DNA of 64,000 bases from Macrostomum lignano (lineage: Eukaryota). The stretch lies in contig NIVC01000767.1 of assembly GCA_002269645.1 (NCBI GenBank), positions 175,840 to 239,839 on the forward strand, written 5' to 3'. The notes under the pieces were generated by a model. That model was not told the origin of the DNA. It made no database searches and saw nothing but the letters and a program-made list of their open reading frames with translations. A program made the position numbers and the translations under genes. Shown here piece after piece: positions 1-14,121 of this stretch (position 1 is its first letter; every line of letters starts with the position of its first letter).

Positions 1-991
1 TAGTAAGTAAAGGCAAAGCTATAAAAATATAAAGCATATATTAATATATATAAATAAAACATTTATATTTATATAATACTATTGAATAAAGTACTTTGCA
101 TTTTGAATATTCACTTAAGTACTTATATCTATTTTATAACATAAGCATAGCTACATTCTAGATTATGTTAGATGCATCTCATATACTAAAACTAAATACT
201 TATAAAATATATGCACCAAACTAAATATATGTCAAAAATGCTATTATGAACATGAAGGGTATCTTTTGGAATATGATTAGACTATATAAGCAAATATAGC
301 TAGCTATAGAGTAGACTATAGTTTCCTATTTAACATTTTAATAATATCACAATAAATTTTGGTCCTATGGGCCTAGGCTCTCTAATTAGACCTATGCCTA
401 TATAGTGACTTAAAAATTTTGTTTTAATAGGGGGCCTAGTCTTTGTAGGTTTAAAGCTTTGCATAAAAATATATTTTAGGTTTTATTATATTTTATAATT
501 AATTTTGAGCTAGAAATTGCTATATCATTGAATTTGTTAACTAATAATATCTAATATATGAGCATATATAAAGATTATAAATGATTAGTATTTTTGAGAT
601 TAGATGGGATTGCAATCCTATTCTAGATATTATCAACTTTTCCAACTTGAATAAATCAGAGGCTTAATAGTATTAAGGGTAGAGTTAAAATGTTTTATTG
701 ATACTAGCTAGCATCCTAGTTTTCAATTTTGCATCTTGAATTTGGACCTAGGAAGTCAATTACTATGATTCTGGCACTTAGAACCACATATTTATGCTGA
801 TATGTTAAGGCTTACAGTGGAATTGATGGCATGTCAAGGCTGAAAGGTCAAGCAATGCAATGTGTAGTTTATTCAAACAAGAATTATTCTATTCTATTTG
901 TTGCCTCCCTAACTGGGGGCGCTGATTGCTAGTATATTACTAACAGTAGCTGATAAAAACATGATGATCTTCTGTGCAGAGGCAGCTCGAG

Positions 992-3900
992 ATGTCTAAG
1001 TGGTTCACAGGACTAGCTGGCAAAGCTGAGGACTTTCTCAACACTCTGGACACCTCCGCTGCCAGCGCTCTCAACAAATCTGGCCATGCTGACCCCGAAT
1101 CGGCCGCTAGCAGCTCCTCCCCCGCCGCCGGCCTCCCACCTCCGCCGCTGCCGCCGCCTCCGCTGGTGGTGGATCCGCCAGCCGGCACAGTCCGCTTGGC
1201 CGGAGCCCCAGCCAGGCCTCTCTTGGCTCCGCAGCCGTCCGGCCTGCCCCGCCATCTGCCAGCGGCTCAAATAAGCGAGTTGATAAAGATGCGGAACTAA
1301 TGGATCTGTTGAATTCTGAAGCGCCATTGGACTCTCTGGTTAGCGGCAGGCAGTCAGCTGGTTCGATGCTATCGTCTACTCCAACTCCGACTGGCGCAGA
1401 ATCAGCGCCGCCGCAGCCACCGCCGCCAAAGGTTTCAGCTCAGCACAGCCGGCAGTCTAGCGTGGCTTCCAGCTTCTCCAAATATTCGGCCTCCGAGATC
1501 AAAGCCGAAATGGCGGCGGCGGCGGCAGCGGCATCGTCGTCTGCTCACGTCTCGACGTCGGTCACTGGCGCAGTTTCGACATTCGTGTCTCAGTCGGCGC
1601 CGACACCCGCTGCCTCCGCCTCGGCCGCCTCCGTAGTGATGACTGAGGACAATCCGCCAGCGGAGATCGAGAACAAACTGTTGCGCAGCGAGATCTCCTC
1701 GCTAAATCAAGAGTTATCTTCGTTGTTAAAGAGAAATCAATCTGCTCAGGATGCTTCACGGCGGCTCGAGGCTGATTTGACCAAATGTCGGCAACAGTTG
1801 AAACAGGCCGAGGAGGCTGTTGCAGCTGGTCAGGCCAGGTGAATTTTCATTTGATTTTTTATTATACATTTGTTAACTGTTTCAGAAGACTTCTTCAATG
1901 CCAGTAGTGTGAATGTTCGTTTCTAGTTCTGACGCATCTTATTATCTTTTTTCACAACTGTTGCATATAGTAGTCCCCTTAACTCCTTATTCACTTTTTT
2001 TATATTTGCGTGCCATGCCATTGTCTAGCCTGCCTCTTCCTTACCTACCCCTCCTCATCTACCCCTCGTCATCTACCCCTCCTCATCTACCACTCCTCAT
2101 CTACCCCTCCTCATCTACCACTCCTCATCTACCCCTCATCTACCCCTCCTCATCTTCCCCTCGTCATCCACCCCTCCTCATCTACCCCTCATCTACCCCT
2201 CATCTATCTCCCCCGCCACACCTAAATTTTCGCTTCCTCACTCCCCTATCGCGCATTCTCAACTGTAACGCCGCAGGGAGCAGCAGCTGTCCGATCTGCT
2301 GCACAGCCGGGACGCTCAAATAGCAGAGATGTCCAGCGCTCACGAGGCTCTGCGCGATCAACTCGAATTGATGCGCGCCGACAGCACCCGGTCGGCCGGC
2401 TTTCAACAAGCCGCTTTCGACGAGCTTAACGAACGGCTGCGCCAGGCCGAGGCTCGACTAGAGCAGGAGCGAGCGGCTTCAGCCAGCCTGCAGGTTCGAG
2501 TCCGCTGGGCTTGTCTTGTTGCCGAATGGGACTTATAAACGCCTGACTTAGTGTGTCTTAGTGTCTGACTTAATGTGTCTTAGTGTCTGACTTAATGTGT
2601 CTTAGTGTCTGACTTAGTGTGTCTTAAAGTCTGAGTTAATGTGTCTTAGTGCCTGACTTAATGTGTCTTAGAGTCTGACTTAATGTGTCTTAGTGTCTGA
2701 CTTAGTGTGTCTTAGTGTCTGACTTAGTGTGTCTTAAAGTCTGACTTAATGTGTCTTAGTGCCTGACTTAGTGTGTCTTAGTGTCTGACTTAATGTGTCT
2801 TAGTGTCTGACTTAGTGTGTCTTAGTGTCTGTCTCAGTGTGTCTTAGTTTCTGACTCTGTGAGTCCAGAGTGAGTTTTTGACTCACTTTAATTGACGTAT
2901 GATCTATCCCAAGTTGTCATGCCAATCAATTAATTGGTCACCAACCCTCAACCCCCCCCCCCTCCACATAGGCCGACCTTCGCCGACTCCGCCAGGACGC
3001 CGAGCAGCAGCAGGCGATGAGCGCGCAGGCTGGTCGCGCCCTGGCCGAAGAGCAGCGCCGACAGCGCGCACAGGCCCTGGAATTGGAGGCCGCTCAGCGC
3101 CGCTGCCAGCAGGCTCAGGCTGAGCTGCGCGACTATAAAGAGAAGGCTGGCAGGATTCTGCAGGTGAGACTTGTGGCCTAGTTTATTGAGCTGGATTGAT
3201 AGTGCCACCTTGGTGAATGTGACAGATTGGTGTTGAATGTGACATTGGTATGAATGTGACAGACTGGTATTGAATGTGACAGATTGGTATTGAATGTGAC
3301 AGATTGGTATTGAATGTAATAGACTGGTATTGAATGTTACAGATTGATATTGAATGTTACAGATTGGTATTGAATGTGACAGATTGGTATTGAATGTGAC
3401 AGATTGGTGTTGAATGTGACAGATAGGTATTGAATATGACAGATTGGTGTTGAATGTGACAGATAGGTATTGAATGTGACAGACTGGTATTGAATGTTAC
3501 AGATTGATATTGAATGTTACAGATTGGTATTGAATGTGACAGATTGGTATTGAATGTGACAGATTGGTGTTGAATGTGACAGATAGGTATTGAATTTGAC
3601 AGACTGGTATTGAATGTTACAGATTGATATTGAATGTGACAGATTGATATTGAATGTTACAGATTGGTATTGAATGTTACAGATTGGTGTTGAATGTTAC
3701 AGATTGGTATTGAATCTGACAGATTGGTATTGAATTAGACAGACTGGTATTGACTGTGACATTGGTATGAATGTGACAGATTGGTATTGAATGTGGCAGA
3801 TTGGTATTGAAAGTGACAAGTTGATAATAGATGTGACAGATTGGTATTGAAAGTGACAGATAGGTATTGAATGTTACAGATTGGTATTGAATGTGACAGA

Positions 3901-6900
3901 TTTGTAGTATTGAATGTGACAGATTGGTAGTATTGAATGTTACAGATTTATAGTATTGAATGTGACATATTGGTAGTATTGAATGTGACAGATTGGTAGT
4001 ATTGAATGTTACAGATTTGTAGTGTTGAATGTGACAGATTGGTAGTATTGAATGTGACAGATTGGTAGTATTGAATGTGACAAAATGATATTTTAAATGC
4101 AAAACATTCAAACGCTCCCAACCGCAGGTGAAGGACAAAATGATCGCCACACTGAAGAAAGGCAACGGCAGCGAAGGTGGCAACGGTGGCGGCGGCCTCC
4201 CAGACGCTGCTGATGCCGCCGTAGGCAGTTCAGTAGCTGAACTGTCTGCCGAAGTTGACGCCCTTCGACAGGAGCGCGAACTGCTGCGCGAAGAGGCCCA
4301 GCGAGCTAAACTAGCCGCCGAAGGCCTTCGCTGCGATGTTGAAGATCTCGAAGCTCAGATGCAGTCGGAGAGCGAAACCTTTCGCAAGACAATGTCGGGA
4401 TTGGAGGCTCAGCTGGAGTCTGAGAGGCTGGCTAGGCTGGCTGCGGAAGAGGAGGCCCAGGTTTGACTTGCTTTACTCTTGTGCTTGTGATTCACTCTGG
4501 CATGATTAGCTGTCATGTCACACTAACATGATTAGCTGTCATGTCACACTAACATGATTAGCTGTCATGTCACACTAACATGATTAGCTGTCATGTCACA
4601 CTAACATGATTAGCTGTCATGTCACACTGACATGATTAGCTGTCATGTCACACTAACATGATTAGCTGTCATGTCACACTAACATGATTAGCTGTCATGT
4701 CATACTGACATGATTAGCTGTCACGTCACACTAACATGATTAGCTGTCATGTCACACTAACATGATTAGCTGTCATGTCACACTAACATGATTAGCTGTC
4801 ATGTCACACTGACATGATTAGCTGTCACGTCACACTAACATGATTAGCTGTCATGTCACACTGACATGATTAGCTGTCACGTCACACTAACATGATTAGC
4901 TGTCATGTCACACTAACATGATTAGCTGTCATGTCACACTAACATGATTAGCTGTCATGTCACACTAACATGATAAGCTGTCATATTACTTGATTGATTA
5001 TGATTTGCTGTCATGTCACACTAACATGATAAGCTGTCATATTACTTGATTGATTATGATTGGCTGTCATGTCACACTAACATGATAAGCTGTCATATTA
5101 CTTGATTGATTATGATTTGCTGTCATGTCACACTAACATGATAAGCTGTCATATTACTTGATTGATTATGATTTGCTGTCATGTCACACTAACATGATAA
5201 GCTGTCATATTACTTGATTGATTATGATTTGCTGTCATGTCACACTAACATGATAAGCTGTCATATTACTTGATTGATTATGATTTGCTGTCATGTCACA
5301 CTAACATGATAAGCTGTCATATTACTTGATTGATTATGATTGGCTGTCATGTCACACTAACATGATAAGCTGTCATATTACTTGATTGATTATGATTTGC
5401 TGTCATGTCACACTAACATGATAAGCTGTCATATTACTTGATTGATTATGATTGGCTGTCATGTTGCCATGACATGATTGGCTGCCATGTTTGCCATGAT
5501 ATGATTGGCTGTGATGTCACCAACATGATTGGCTGCCATGTTTGCCATGACATGATTGGCTATTCCCCTCCCCACTACAGGCGGCCAGACGCGAGGCCAG
5601 CCAGCAACGGGATCTGTGGCTTCGCGACAAATCCGAGCTCAGCCAACGCCTCGCCCAAGCCGAGGCCGAGCTTGACGCGCTAAGGCGCCAATCGGCGCCC
5701 CAGTTGCTCCGGTCTGGTGCTGGCACTTCTGTCGCATCTGGCGGTCAGGATGGCGGCGAATTAGAAGCCAGAATTCGATCGCTAACGGAGAGTCTGATCC
5801 AGGTGAGCGGTTAGAACTGCAGTAAGGGCTATCTAGGCTCAAACTAGGGCCTGTGGGATGATTTCGCCGACGACTACACTATATAATCTGTGACTTCCAT
5901 TGGTTGGCCAATCGTAATTTAGACTCAAATTAAATACTTTTTTAACCCCGATACTCCAATCTGAGCAGAAGCAGACGGCTCTGGAGTCGAGCAACGCCGA
6001 GAAAGCCAGTCTCAGACTGATGGTGGAGCAGCTGGAGTCTCGCCTATCAGAACGGACCCATCACGCCACGTCGCTTGCCCAGGAGTCGGGCCTGTCGTCC
6101 AGATCTTCGCAGGCGCCCCAGTCTGATTATATCCGCATTCACATGCAGGATCCGCCCTATGCAAGGTTTGTTGGGTGATGCTGCGATCTAAACAGTTGTC
6201 CATTGATCTAAGCAGCTGTCTATTATTGATCTAAACAGCAGTCTATTATTGATCTAAACGGCTGTCTATTATTGATCTAAACAGCAGTCTATTATTGATC
6301 TAAACATCTGTCCATTGATCTAAACAGCTGTCCATTGATCTAAGCAGTTGTCTATTGATCTAAACAGCTGTCCATTGATCTAAACAGCTGTCCATTGATC
6401 TAAGCAGTTGTCCATTGATCTAAACATCTGTCCATTGATCTAAGCAGTTGTCCATTGATCTAAACATCTGTCCATTGATCTAAGCAGTTGTCCATTGATC
6501 TAAACAGCTGTCCATTGATCTAAACAGCTGTCCATTGATCTAAACAGCTGTCCATTGATCTAAACAGCTGTCCATTGATCTAAGCAGTTGTCCATTGATC
6601 TAAACATCTGTCCATTGATCTAAACATCTGTCCATTGATCTAAGCAGTTGTCCATTGATCTAAACAGTTGTCCATTGATCTAAGCAGTTGTCCATTGATC
6701 TAAGCAGTTGTCCATTGATCTAAACATCTGTCCATTGATCTAAACATCTGTCCATTGATCTAAACATCTGTCCATTGATCTAAACAGCAGTCTATTCTTG
6801 ATCTAAACAGCAGTCTATTATTGATCTAAACATCTGTCCATTGATCTAAACAGCAGTCTATTATTGATCTAAACATCTGTCCATTGATCTAAACAGCAGT

Positions 6901-7491
6901 CTATTATTGATCTAAACATCTGTCCATTGATCTAAACAGCTGTCTATTATTGATCTAAACAGCTGTCCATTGATCTAAACAGCTGTCTATTATTGATCTA
7001 AACAGCAGTCTATTATTGATCTAAACATCTGTCCATTGATCTAAACAGCAGTCTATTATTGATCTAAACAGCTGTCTATTGTTGATCTAAACGGCTGTCT
7101 ATTATTGATCTAAACATCTGTTTATTATTGATCTAAACAGCAGTCTATTATTGATCTAAACAGCTGTCTATTATTGATCTAAACAGCAGTCTATTATTGA
7201 TCTAAACAGCATTTTCAACACTCAAAAACATTTGCCAGACACATGAAACGGGCAGTGAACACGCTGGACAAGGCCGGAGTTAAACTAGGCGTATTCCTGC
7301 GCCGCTATCCAATGGCCCGGATGCTATTTTTAGCTTACATAGGCCTGCTTCACCTGTGGGTATTGCTGGTGCTGCTCACCTACCAGCCGGAGATGCACCA
7401 GCGCGGTTACAATGACGCTTTGCCTCAGCCGCCTGGCGCCCCGGCGCTCGCTTCCGCGGCTGGCAGCAGCTTGGCCTCAAACTCTAGCTGA
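992..7491 (+). CDS. GOLGA5: Golgin-84 (golgin subfamily A member 5), 7 exons, one apparent frameshift in exon 1
   Basis: Exons 992-1838, 2277-2493, 2972-3163, 4128-4460, 5581-5802, 5969-6165 and 7239-7491 join by GT-AG with matching phases. Golgin-84 hallmarks recognised from memory: N-term MSKWFTGLAGKAEDFLNTLD, ELRDYKEKAGRILQ|VKDKMIATLKKG, ELEARIRSLTESLIQ|KQTALE, and C-terminal TM GVFLRRYPMARMLFLAYIGLLHLWVLLVLLTYQPEMH. A frame change is needed near 1110-1145. Confidence 0.93.
2030..2215. repeat. Pyrimidine-rich tandem repeat, ~CATCTACCCCTCCT, GOLGA5 intron 1
   Basis: Repeated catctacccctc(ct) units. Confidence 0.85.
2545..2850. repeat. 22-bp minisatellite GTGTCTTAGTGTCTGACTTA(A/G)T, GOLGA5 intron 2
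   Basis: Tandem copies read directly. Confidence 0.9.
3215..4082. repeat. 20-23-bp minisatellite TGAATGTGACAGATTGGTAT, GOLGA5 intron 3
   Basis: Tandem copies; a 23-bp variant with an added TAG appears toward the 3' end. Confidence 0.92.
4501..5560. repeat. 26-bp minisatellite CATGATTAGCTGTCATGTCACACTAA changing to a 56-bp (30+26) higher-order repeat, GOLGA5 intron 4
   Basis: Monomers to ~4975, 56-bp dimers to ~5450, then degenerate copies. Confidence 0.92.
6185..7210. repeat. 20/23-bp minisatellite TTGATCTAAACAGCTGTCCA, GOLGA5 intron 6
   Basis: Tandem copies. Confidence 0.92.
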
Positions 7492-7994
7492 TGTTTATAT
7501 TGTTCTATATAGCCTACTTTCCTGTGGTTTGGTTCTGGCCAGTAGTATAGTATGGATTTTACAATATTAATTGACTTTTTCAACAATTGTCGCTTTCAGT
7601 TAAATTCATTTTTTATCTCTTCGTCGGTGACTGATGCATCTTGTACATCTATAATATTATTGTAGAATCATATGTGAATTGTATTTTGCCTAAGATACTA
7701 CTAACTATTCAGAATGCGCGCTGTCTATCCGGTCTGCTAACTGGTCACGGGGTGTAGAAATTCGCCTTACATACTTATTGATTAAATTGTTGACTAGTAA
7801 GCTAAGTGTATATAAACTGGCCCTCGAAATGCTAAACTGTTCCTTTTCTGTGATGCCTGCGGAGCACAAGTTTCAAGCCTTGATGTTAATAATCTGTTTA
7901 TCTTTTCAAAACTGTCGGTTCCCTTGTAAAAAAGCCTAGGTTAATAAGGATATAATATTGAAGTGTTTAACTATAAGTAACATATTTTATTGTT

Positions 7995-8900
7995 AAAATC
8001 CAGTCTGACACATTTCCCCACATGAATCCAGTCTGACACATTTCCCCACATGAATCCAGTCTGACACATTTCCCTACCTGAACCCAGTCTGACACAATGT
8101 CATGCCTGAACCCAGTCTGATACAATGTCATGCCTGAACCCAGTCTGACACAATGTCATGCCTGAACCAAGTCTGACACAATGTCACGCCTGAACCCAGT
8201 CTGACACAATGTCACGCCTGAACCCAATCTGACACAATGTCATGCCTGAACCCAGTCTGATACAATGTCACGCCTGAACCCAATCTGACACAATGTCATG
8301 CCTGAACCCAGTCTGACACAATGTCATGCCTGAACCCAGTCTGACACAATGTCATGCCTGAACCCAGTCTGACACAATGTCACGCCTGAACCCAATCTGA
8401 CACAATGTCATGCCTGAACCCAGTCTGATACAATGTCACGCCTAAACCCAGTCTGACACAATGTCATGCCTGAACCCAGTCTGATACAATGTCACGCCTG
8501 AACCCAGTCTGACACATTGTCACGCCTGAACCCAGTCTGACACAATATCACGCTTGAACCCAGTCTGACACAATGTCACGCCTGAACCCAGTCTGACACA
8601 ATGTCATGCCTGAACCTAGTCTGACACAATGTCATGCCTGAACCCAGTCTGACACAATGTCATGTCTGAACCCAGTCTGACACAATGTCACGCCTGAACC
8701 CAGTCTGACACAATGTCACGCCTGAACCCAGTCTGACACAATATCATGCCTGAACCCAGTCTGACACAATGTCACGCCTGAACCCAGTCTGACACAATGT
8801 CACGCCTGAACCCAGTCTGACACAATGTCACGCCTGAACCCAGTCTGACACAATGTCATGCCTGAACCCAGTCTGACATGTTTCCTTACCTGAACCCTGT
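7995..8900. repeat. 28-bp minisatellite AACCCAGTCTGACACAATGTCATGCCTG between GOLGA5 and the zinc-finger gene
   Basis: Tandem copies. Confidence 0.92.
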
Positions 8901-8999
8901 CGGACACCTTTCTTGGTGGAACTTCAAATGCTATTTACTCTCCAGACCTGAAGGCTGTAATTACTATTTCATTTGATTACATTGTGTCCTTCAGTCGCC

Positions 9000-9629
9000 A
9001 TGGCAACGCCGGCCAAGCTTTTGATTGGCGAACGCTTCGACGGCAATGGCAATCTGCAAGCAGATCCCGTCTCCGCCGTGGCCGTTCCCAGCTTCTCTTT
9101 GATGACGGATTGTGCCGACAATTTAATTGACAGCTCGGCATCGTCGGCTTCGCATCAATTTCAGGAAATCTTTCCTCCCCTCGCCGACATCGACATCGGC
9201 GCGTACGGAGACGACAGCGGCGGTGGCGGCGGAAGCGAGAGCTTCGACGCCGAGGACGCCGTGAACCGCCTGATTAGCTTGGCCAGTCCGTCGGCAGACT
9301 CGCCGGCGGTGCTGACTGCTGCACCAGCCGACTATGACAGCTCGGCGAACGGCGGCAATATCGGCGTCGAGCTGCTGCTCTCTGCCGGCTCCGAACTTGT
9401 GGCCGCCTCTGCCGAGTTCTGCCTGTGCGCCAACTGCGGCCTGTGCTGCCAAGGCGCTGACCGGATGCGGGCGCATAAAACCGCCAGCGGCCATCTGGGC
9501 TTTCTCAGGTGTCAGATGGTTGCTATGCTCACGTTTTTGCTGGGGGGGGGGTTGGGCTTCTGTAGCCGAGCAGTTCTTGAGCGAGGGTCGCTTCGCTAAG
9601 CAGTTTTACCTATCTATTATGTGTTTTTG

Positions 9630-9686
<57 letters not shown>

Positions 9687-9713
9687 TAGTGTCTGTCTGT
9701 CTGTCTGTCTTAG

Positions 9714-9782
<69 letters not shown>

Positions 9783-9885
9783 GCTTGTCTGTCTGTCTGC
9801 TTGTCTGTCTGTCTGTCTGTCTGCTTGTCTGTCAGTCTGTCTGTCTGTCTGTCTGTCTGTCTGCCTGTCTGTCTGTCTGCCTGCC

Positions 9886-9930
<45 letters not shown>

Positions 9931-9957
9931 GCCTGTCTGTCTGTCTGCCTGTCTGCC

Positions 9958-10014
<57 letters not shown>

Positions 10015-10017
10015 TAG

Positions 10018-10054
<37 letters not shown>

Positions 10055-10185
10055 TAGTGTCTGTCTGTCTGTCTGTGTCTGTCTGTCTGTCTGTCTGTCT
10101 GTCTTAGTGTCTGTCTGTCTGTCTGTCTGTCTTAGTGTCTGTCTGTCTGTCTGTGTCTGTCTGTCTGTCTGTCTGTCTGTCTTAG

Positions 10186-10250
<65 letters not shown>

Positions 10251-10309
10251 TAGTGTCTGTCTGTCTGTCTGTCTTAGTGTCTGTCTGTCTGTCTGTCTGT
10301 CTGTCTTAG

Positions 10310-10348
<39 letters not shown>

Positions 10349-10403
10349 GTGTCTGTCTGTCTGTCTGTCTTAGTGTCTGTCTGTCTGTCTTAGTGTCTGT
10401 CTA

Positions 10404-10501
<98 letters not shown>

Positions 10502-13500
10502 CATCTCCTCCCCCAGAGCCGACCCAGCCGACACATTCAAATGCGCCCAGTGCGCGGATCAGTTGGAATCCCGCCAGGCCGTGCTCCGCCACGTCGCTCT
10601 GCACGGTCATGAGCGCTACCAGAAGAAGCGCCCGAAGATGACGGCGCCGCCTGCGGGTGCGGCTGTGGCGGCAGCGCCGAGCGCGCCATCCGGGCCCTTT
10701 GACTGCGCCGTGTGCGGCCGCGGCCTCACCGCGGTGTCGGACCTGACAGCGCACGCCGCCCAGACCGGCCATTCGCAGTTCAAAGCCCAGCGCCGTCTCA
10801 GCCGAGGCCAGGAAGCTCTTCCAGCACAGTCGAAGCCGGCCGAGCCGCCGGCTGCAGTCGGAAGCTCGCGGCCTTCCCCAGTGGTGACTCTGGGCCCGTC
10901 CGAGCAGCTGTCCGTGTGCCTGCAGTGCACAGCCTGGACTGCCGGAGTTGTTGCTCAGAATGAGCACGGCAAACGGACTGGCCATTATTCGTTTCAGACT
11001 GTTCAGCACCGGAGCGGCGTCAGCGGCGGGCCGACCTCCTACAAGTGTCTGCTGTGCCACCAGCGAATGAGCACGCCTGGACAGGTGAGCTTGTGGGCGC
11101 AATGATGCGGTCCAGTGTCTTGATTTAATTTAGACACAATGATGCGGTCCAGTTTCAATCTAGCTAGCTACAGACACAATGATGCGGTCTAGTTTCAATC
11201 TAGCTAGCTACAGACACAATGATGCGGTCCAGTTTCAATCTAGCTAGCTACAGACACAATGATGCGGTCCAGTTTCTAAGAACTAGCTACAGACACAATG
11301 ATGCGGTCTAGTTTCAATCTAGCTAGCTACAGACACAATGATGCGGTCCAGTTTCAATCTAGCTAGCTACAGACACAATGATGCGGTCCAGTTTCTAAGA
11401 ACTAGCTACAGACACAATGATGCGGTCTAGTTTCAATCTAGCTAGCTACAGACACAATGATGCGGTCCAGTTTCAATCTAGCTAGCTACAGACACAATGA
11501 TGCGGTCCAGTTTCTAAGAACTAGCTACAGACACAATGATGTGGTCCAATTTCTATCTAGCTAGCTACAGACACAATGATGCGGTCCAATTTCTATCTAG
11601 CTAGCTAAAGACACAATGATGCGGTCCAGTTTCAATCTAGCTAGCTACAGACACAATGATGCGGTCTAGTTTCAATCTAGCTAGCTACAGACACAATGAT
11701 GCAATCCAGTTTCAATCTAGCTAGCTACAGACACAATGATGCGGTCCAGTTTCTAAGAACTAGCTACAGACACAATGATGCGGTCCAATTTCTATCTAGC
11801 TAGCTAAAGACACAATGATGCGGTCCAGTTTCTATCTAGCTAGCTACAGACACAATGATGCGGTCCAGTTTCTAAGAACTAGCTACAGACACAATGATGC
11901 GGTCCAGTTTCTAAGAAACAGCTTCAGACACAATGATGCGGTCCAGTTTCAATCTAGCTAGCTACAGACACAATGATGCGGTCCAGTTTCTATTTAGCTA
12001 GCTACAGACACAATGATGCAATCCAGTTTCAATCTAGCTAGCTACAGACACAATGATGCGGTCCAGTTTCAATTTAGCTAGCTAAAGACACAATGATACG
12101 GTCGAGTTTCTAAGAACTAGCTACAGACACAATGATGCGGTCCAGTTTCAATCTAGCTAGCTACAGACACAATGATGCGGTCAAGTTTCTAAGAACTAGC
12201 TACAGACACAATGGTGCGGTCCAGTTTCTAAGAAACAGCTTCAGACACAATGATGCGGTCCAGTTTCAATCTAGCTAGCTACAGACACAATGATGCGGTC
12301 CAGTTTCTATTTAGCTAGCTACAGACACAATGATGCAATCCAGTTTCAATCTAGCTAGCTACAGACACAATGATGCGGTCCAGTTTCAATTTAGCTAGCT
12401 AAAGACACAATGATGCGGTCGAGTTTCTAAGAACTAGCTACAGACACAATGATGCGGTCCAGTTTCAATTTAGCTAGCTACAGACACAATGATGCGGTCT
12501 AGTTTCAATCTAGCTAGCTACAGACACAATGATGCGGTCCAGTTTCAATCTAGCTAGCTAAAGACACAATGATGCGGTCGAGTTTCTAAGAACTAGCTAC
12601 AGACACAATGATGCGGTCCAGTTTCAATCTAGCTAGCTACAGACACAATGATGCGGTCTAGTTTCAATCTAGCTAGCTACAGACACAATGATGCGGTCCA
12701 GTTTCTAAGAACTAGCTACAGACACAATGATGCGGTCCAGTTTCTAAGAAACAGCTTCAGACACAATGATGCGGTCCAGTTTCAATCTAGCTAGCTACAG
12801 ACACAATGATGCGGTCCAGTTTCTATTTAGCTAGCTACAGACACAATGATGCAATCCAGTTTCAATCTAGCTAGCTACAGACACAATGATGCGGTCCAGT
12901 TTCAATCTAGCTAGCTACAGACACAATGATGCGGTCTAGTTTCAATCTAGCTAGCTACAGACACAATGATGCGGTCCAGTTTCAATCTAGCTAGCTAAAG
13001 ACACAATGATGCGGTCCAGTTTCTAAGAACTAGCTACAGACACAATGATGCGGTCCAATTTATATCTAGCTAGCTACAGAACTAGCTACAGACACAATGA
13101 TGCGGTCCAGTTTCAATCTAACTAGCTACAGACACAATGATGCGGTCCAGTTTCTAAGAAACAGCTTCTGACACAATGATGCAGTCCGCATCATTATCAC
13201 TCCCCAATGTCCCCAACCCGGCCGCAGGTGGCCAGCCACATCAGCCGGTTCTCGCACGAGAACTTCGCCAGCCTGGTAGACGATCGTTCGCGCCTGGCAG
13301 ATGGGCCGCCGCCCGGCAGGAGTTGCCCTACCTGAGAGTCCGGCTCTGCCCAATGCGGCCGGGCGAGTCACACCTGGCTCTGCTCATCGTAGCCCTAGCC
13401 GAAGAGTCCGCCGCAGCCGATATGGCCAGCCGCAGCCTGCAACTGGCCGTTGCTAGGCAGAATCTCGGCCTGCCGTACAGCGTCAATCTCTGCCGTGTGT

Positions 13501-14114
13501 GCGGCCTGAGATTCAGTAGCGCCAGCCCGGACGAGCTGCTGGCCCACGCCAGGGCCGCTCATATTGGCGAGCGCGACTTAATGGACCGAAAAATCGCCCT
13601 GATGACTTTCATAACTGAATCAGCTGACAGTGCTACTGTCGGCAGTAGTGCCTGCCGATCATCTGTGTACCTCACCTGCCTGCTCTGCCCTACTCGGCTC
13701 CGATTCGCTAGCGACCTGCCGCCGCATCTCAACGCGGCGCATCGCCGGCCGTGTCCGCTGTGCCAGAAGCCCATCCTGCTGCCGGACGGTCAGGCCAGCA
13801 TGCGCCGGCATCTGCAGACTGTGTGCATCACCCGCTGCTCACTGTGCGACCGCTGTTTCCCTAGCGAAGCCCAGCTGCGCCGGCATCGCGACGCCGACCA
13901 TTCGACCACAACGCTGCCGCCGCCTGTCAAACGACGGCGTCGCTCGATTGTCGATTTTGGCGCCGCCGCGACGCAAACGCGCGACACCGGCGACGACCGT
14001 CTGCTGTTGTGCTTCACGTGTGGCGGCGAGTTCATCAGCTTGTCGGCGCTGAGGTCGCATCATTCGGAGTGCCGCCGGCGAGCAGCTGGCAGGTGTACAA
14101 ATGGAAACTTTTAA
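9000..14114 (+). CDS. Multi C2H2/C2HC zinc-finger protein (~10 fingers), 3 coding exons, one apparent frameshift
   Basis: Exons 9000-9508, 10517-11084 and 13228-~14092/14114, with phases 2 and 0 consistent. The splice at 11084/13228 completes the finger [13 protein letters not shown]|[10 protein letters not shown]. Other fingers include CANCGLC..HKTASGH, CAQCAD..HVALHGH, CAVCGR..HAAQTGH, CRVCGL..HARAAH and CSLCDR..HRDADH. A -1 frame change is needed near 13300. The 3' end is uncertain (possible donor at 14093). Confidence 0.8.
9629..10500. repeat. (GTCT)n microsatellite with recurring CTTAGT interruptions, zinc-finger intron 1
   Basis: Read directly. Confidence 0.97.
11100..13180. repeat. 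40-bp minisatellite GACACAATGATGCGGTCCAGTTTCAATCTAGCTAGCTACA, zinc-finger intron 2
   Basis: About 50 tandem units with a few variant second halves. Confidence 0.95.
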
Positions 14115-14121
14115 TCTGGGT

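Noticed and set aside
1-900. AT-rich upstream region
   Set aside because: No ORF, repeat unit or element boundary that I could support
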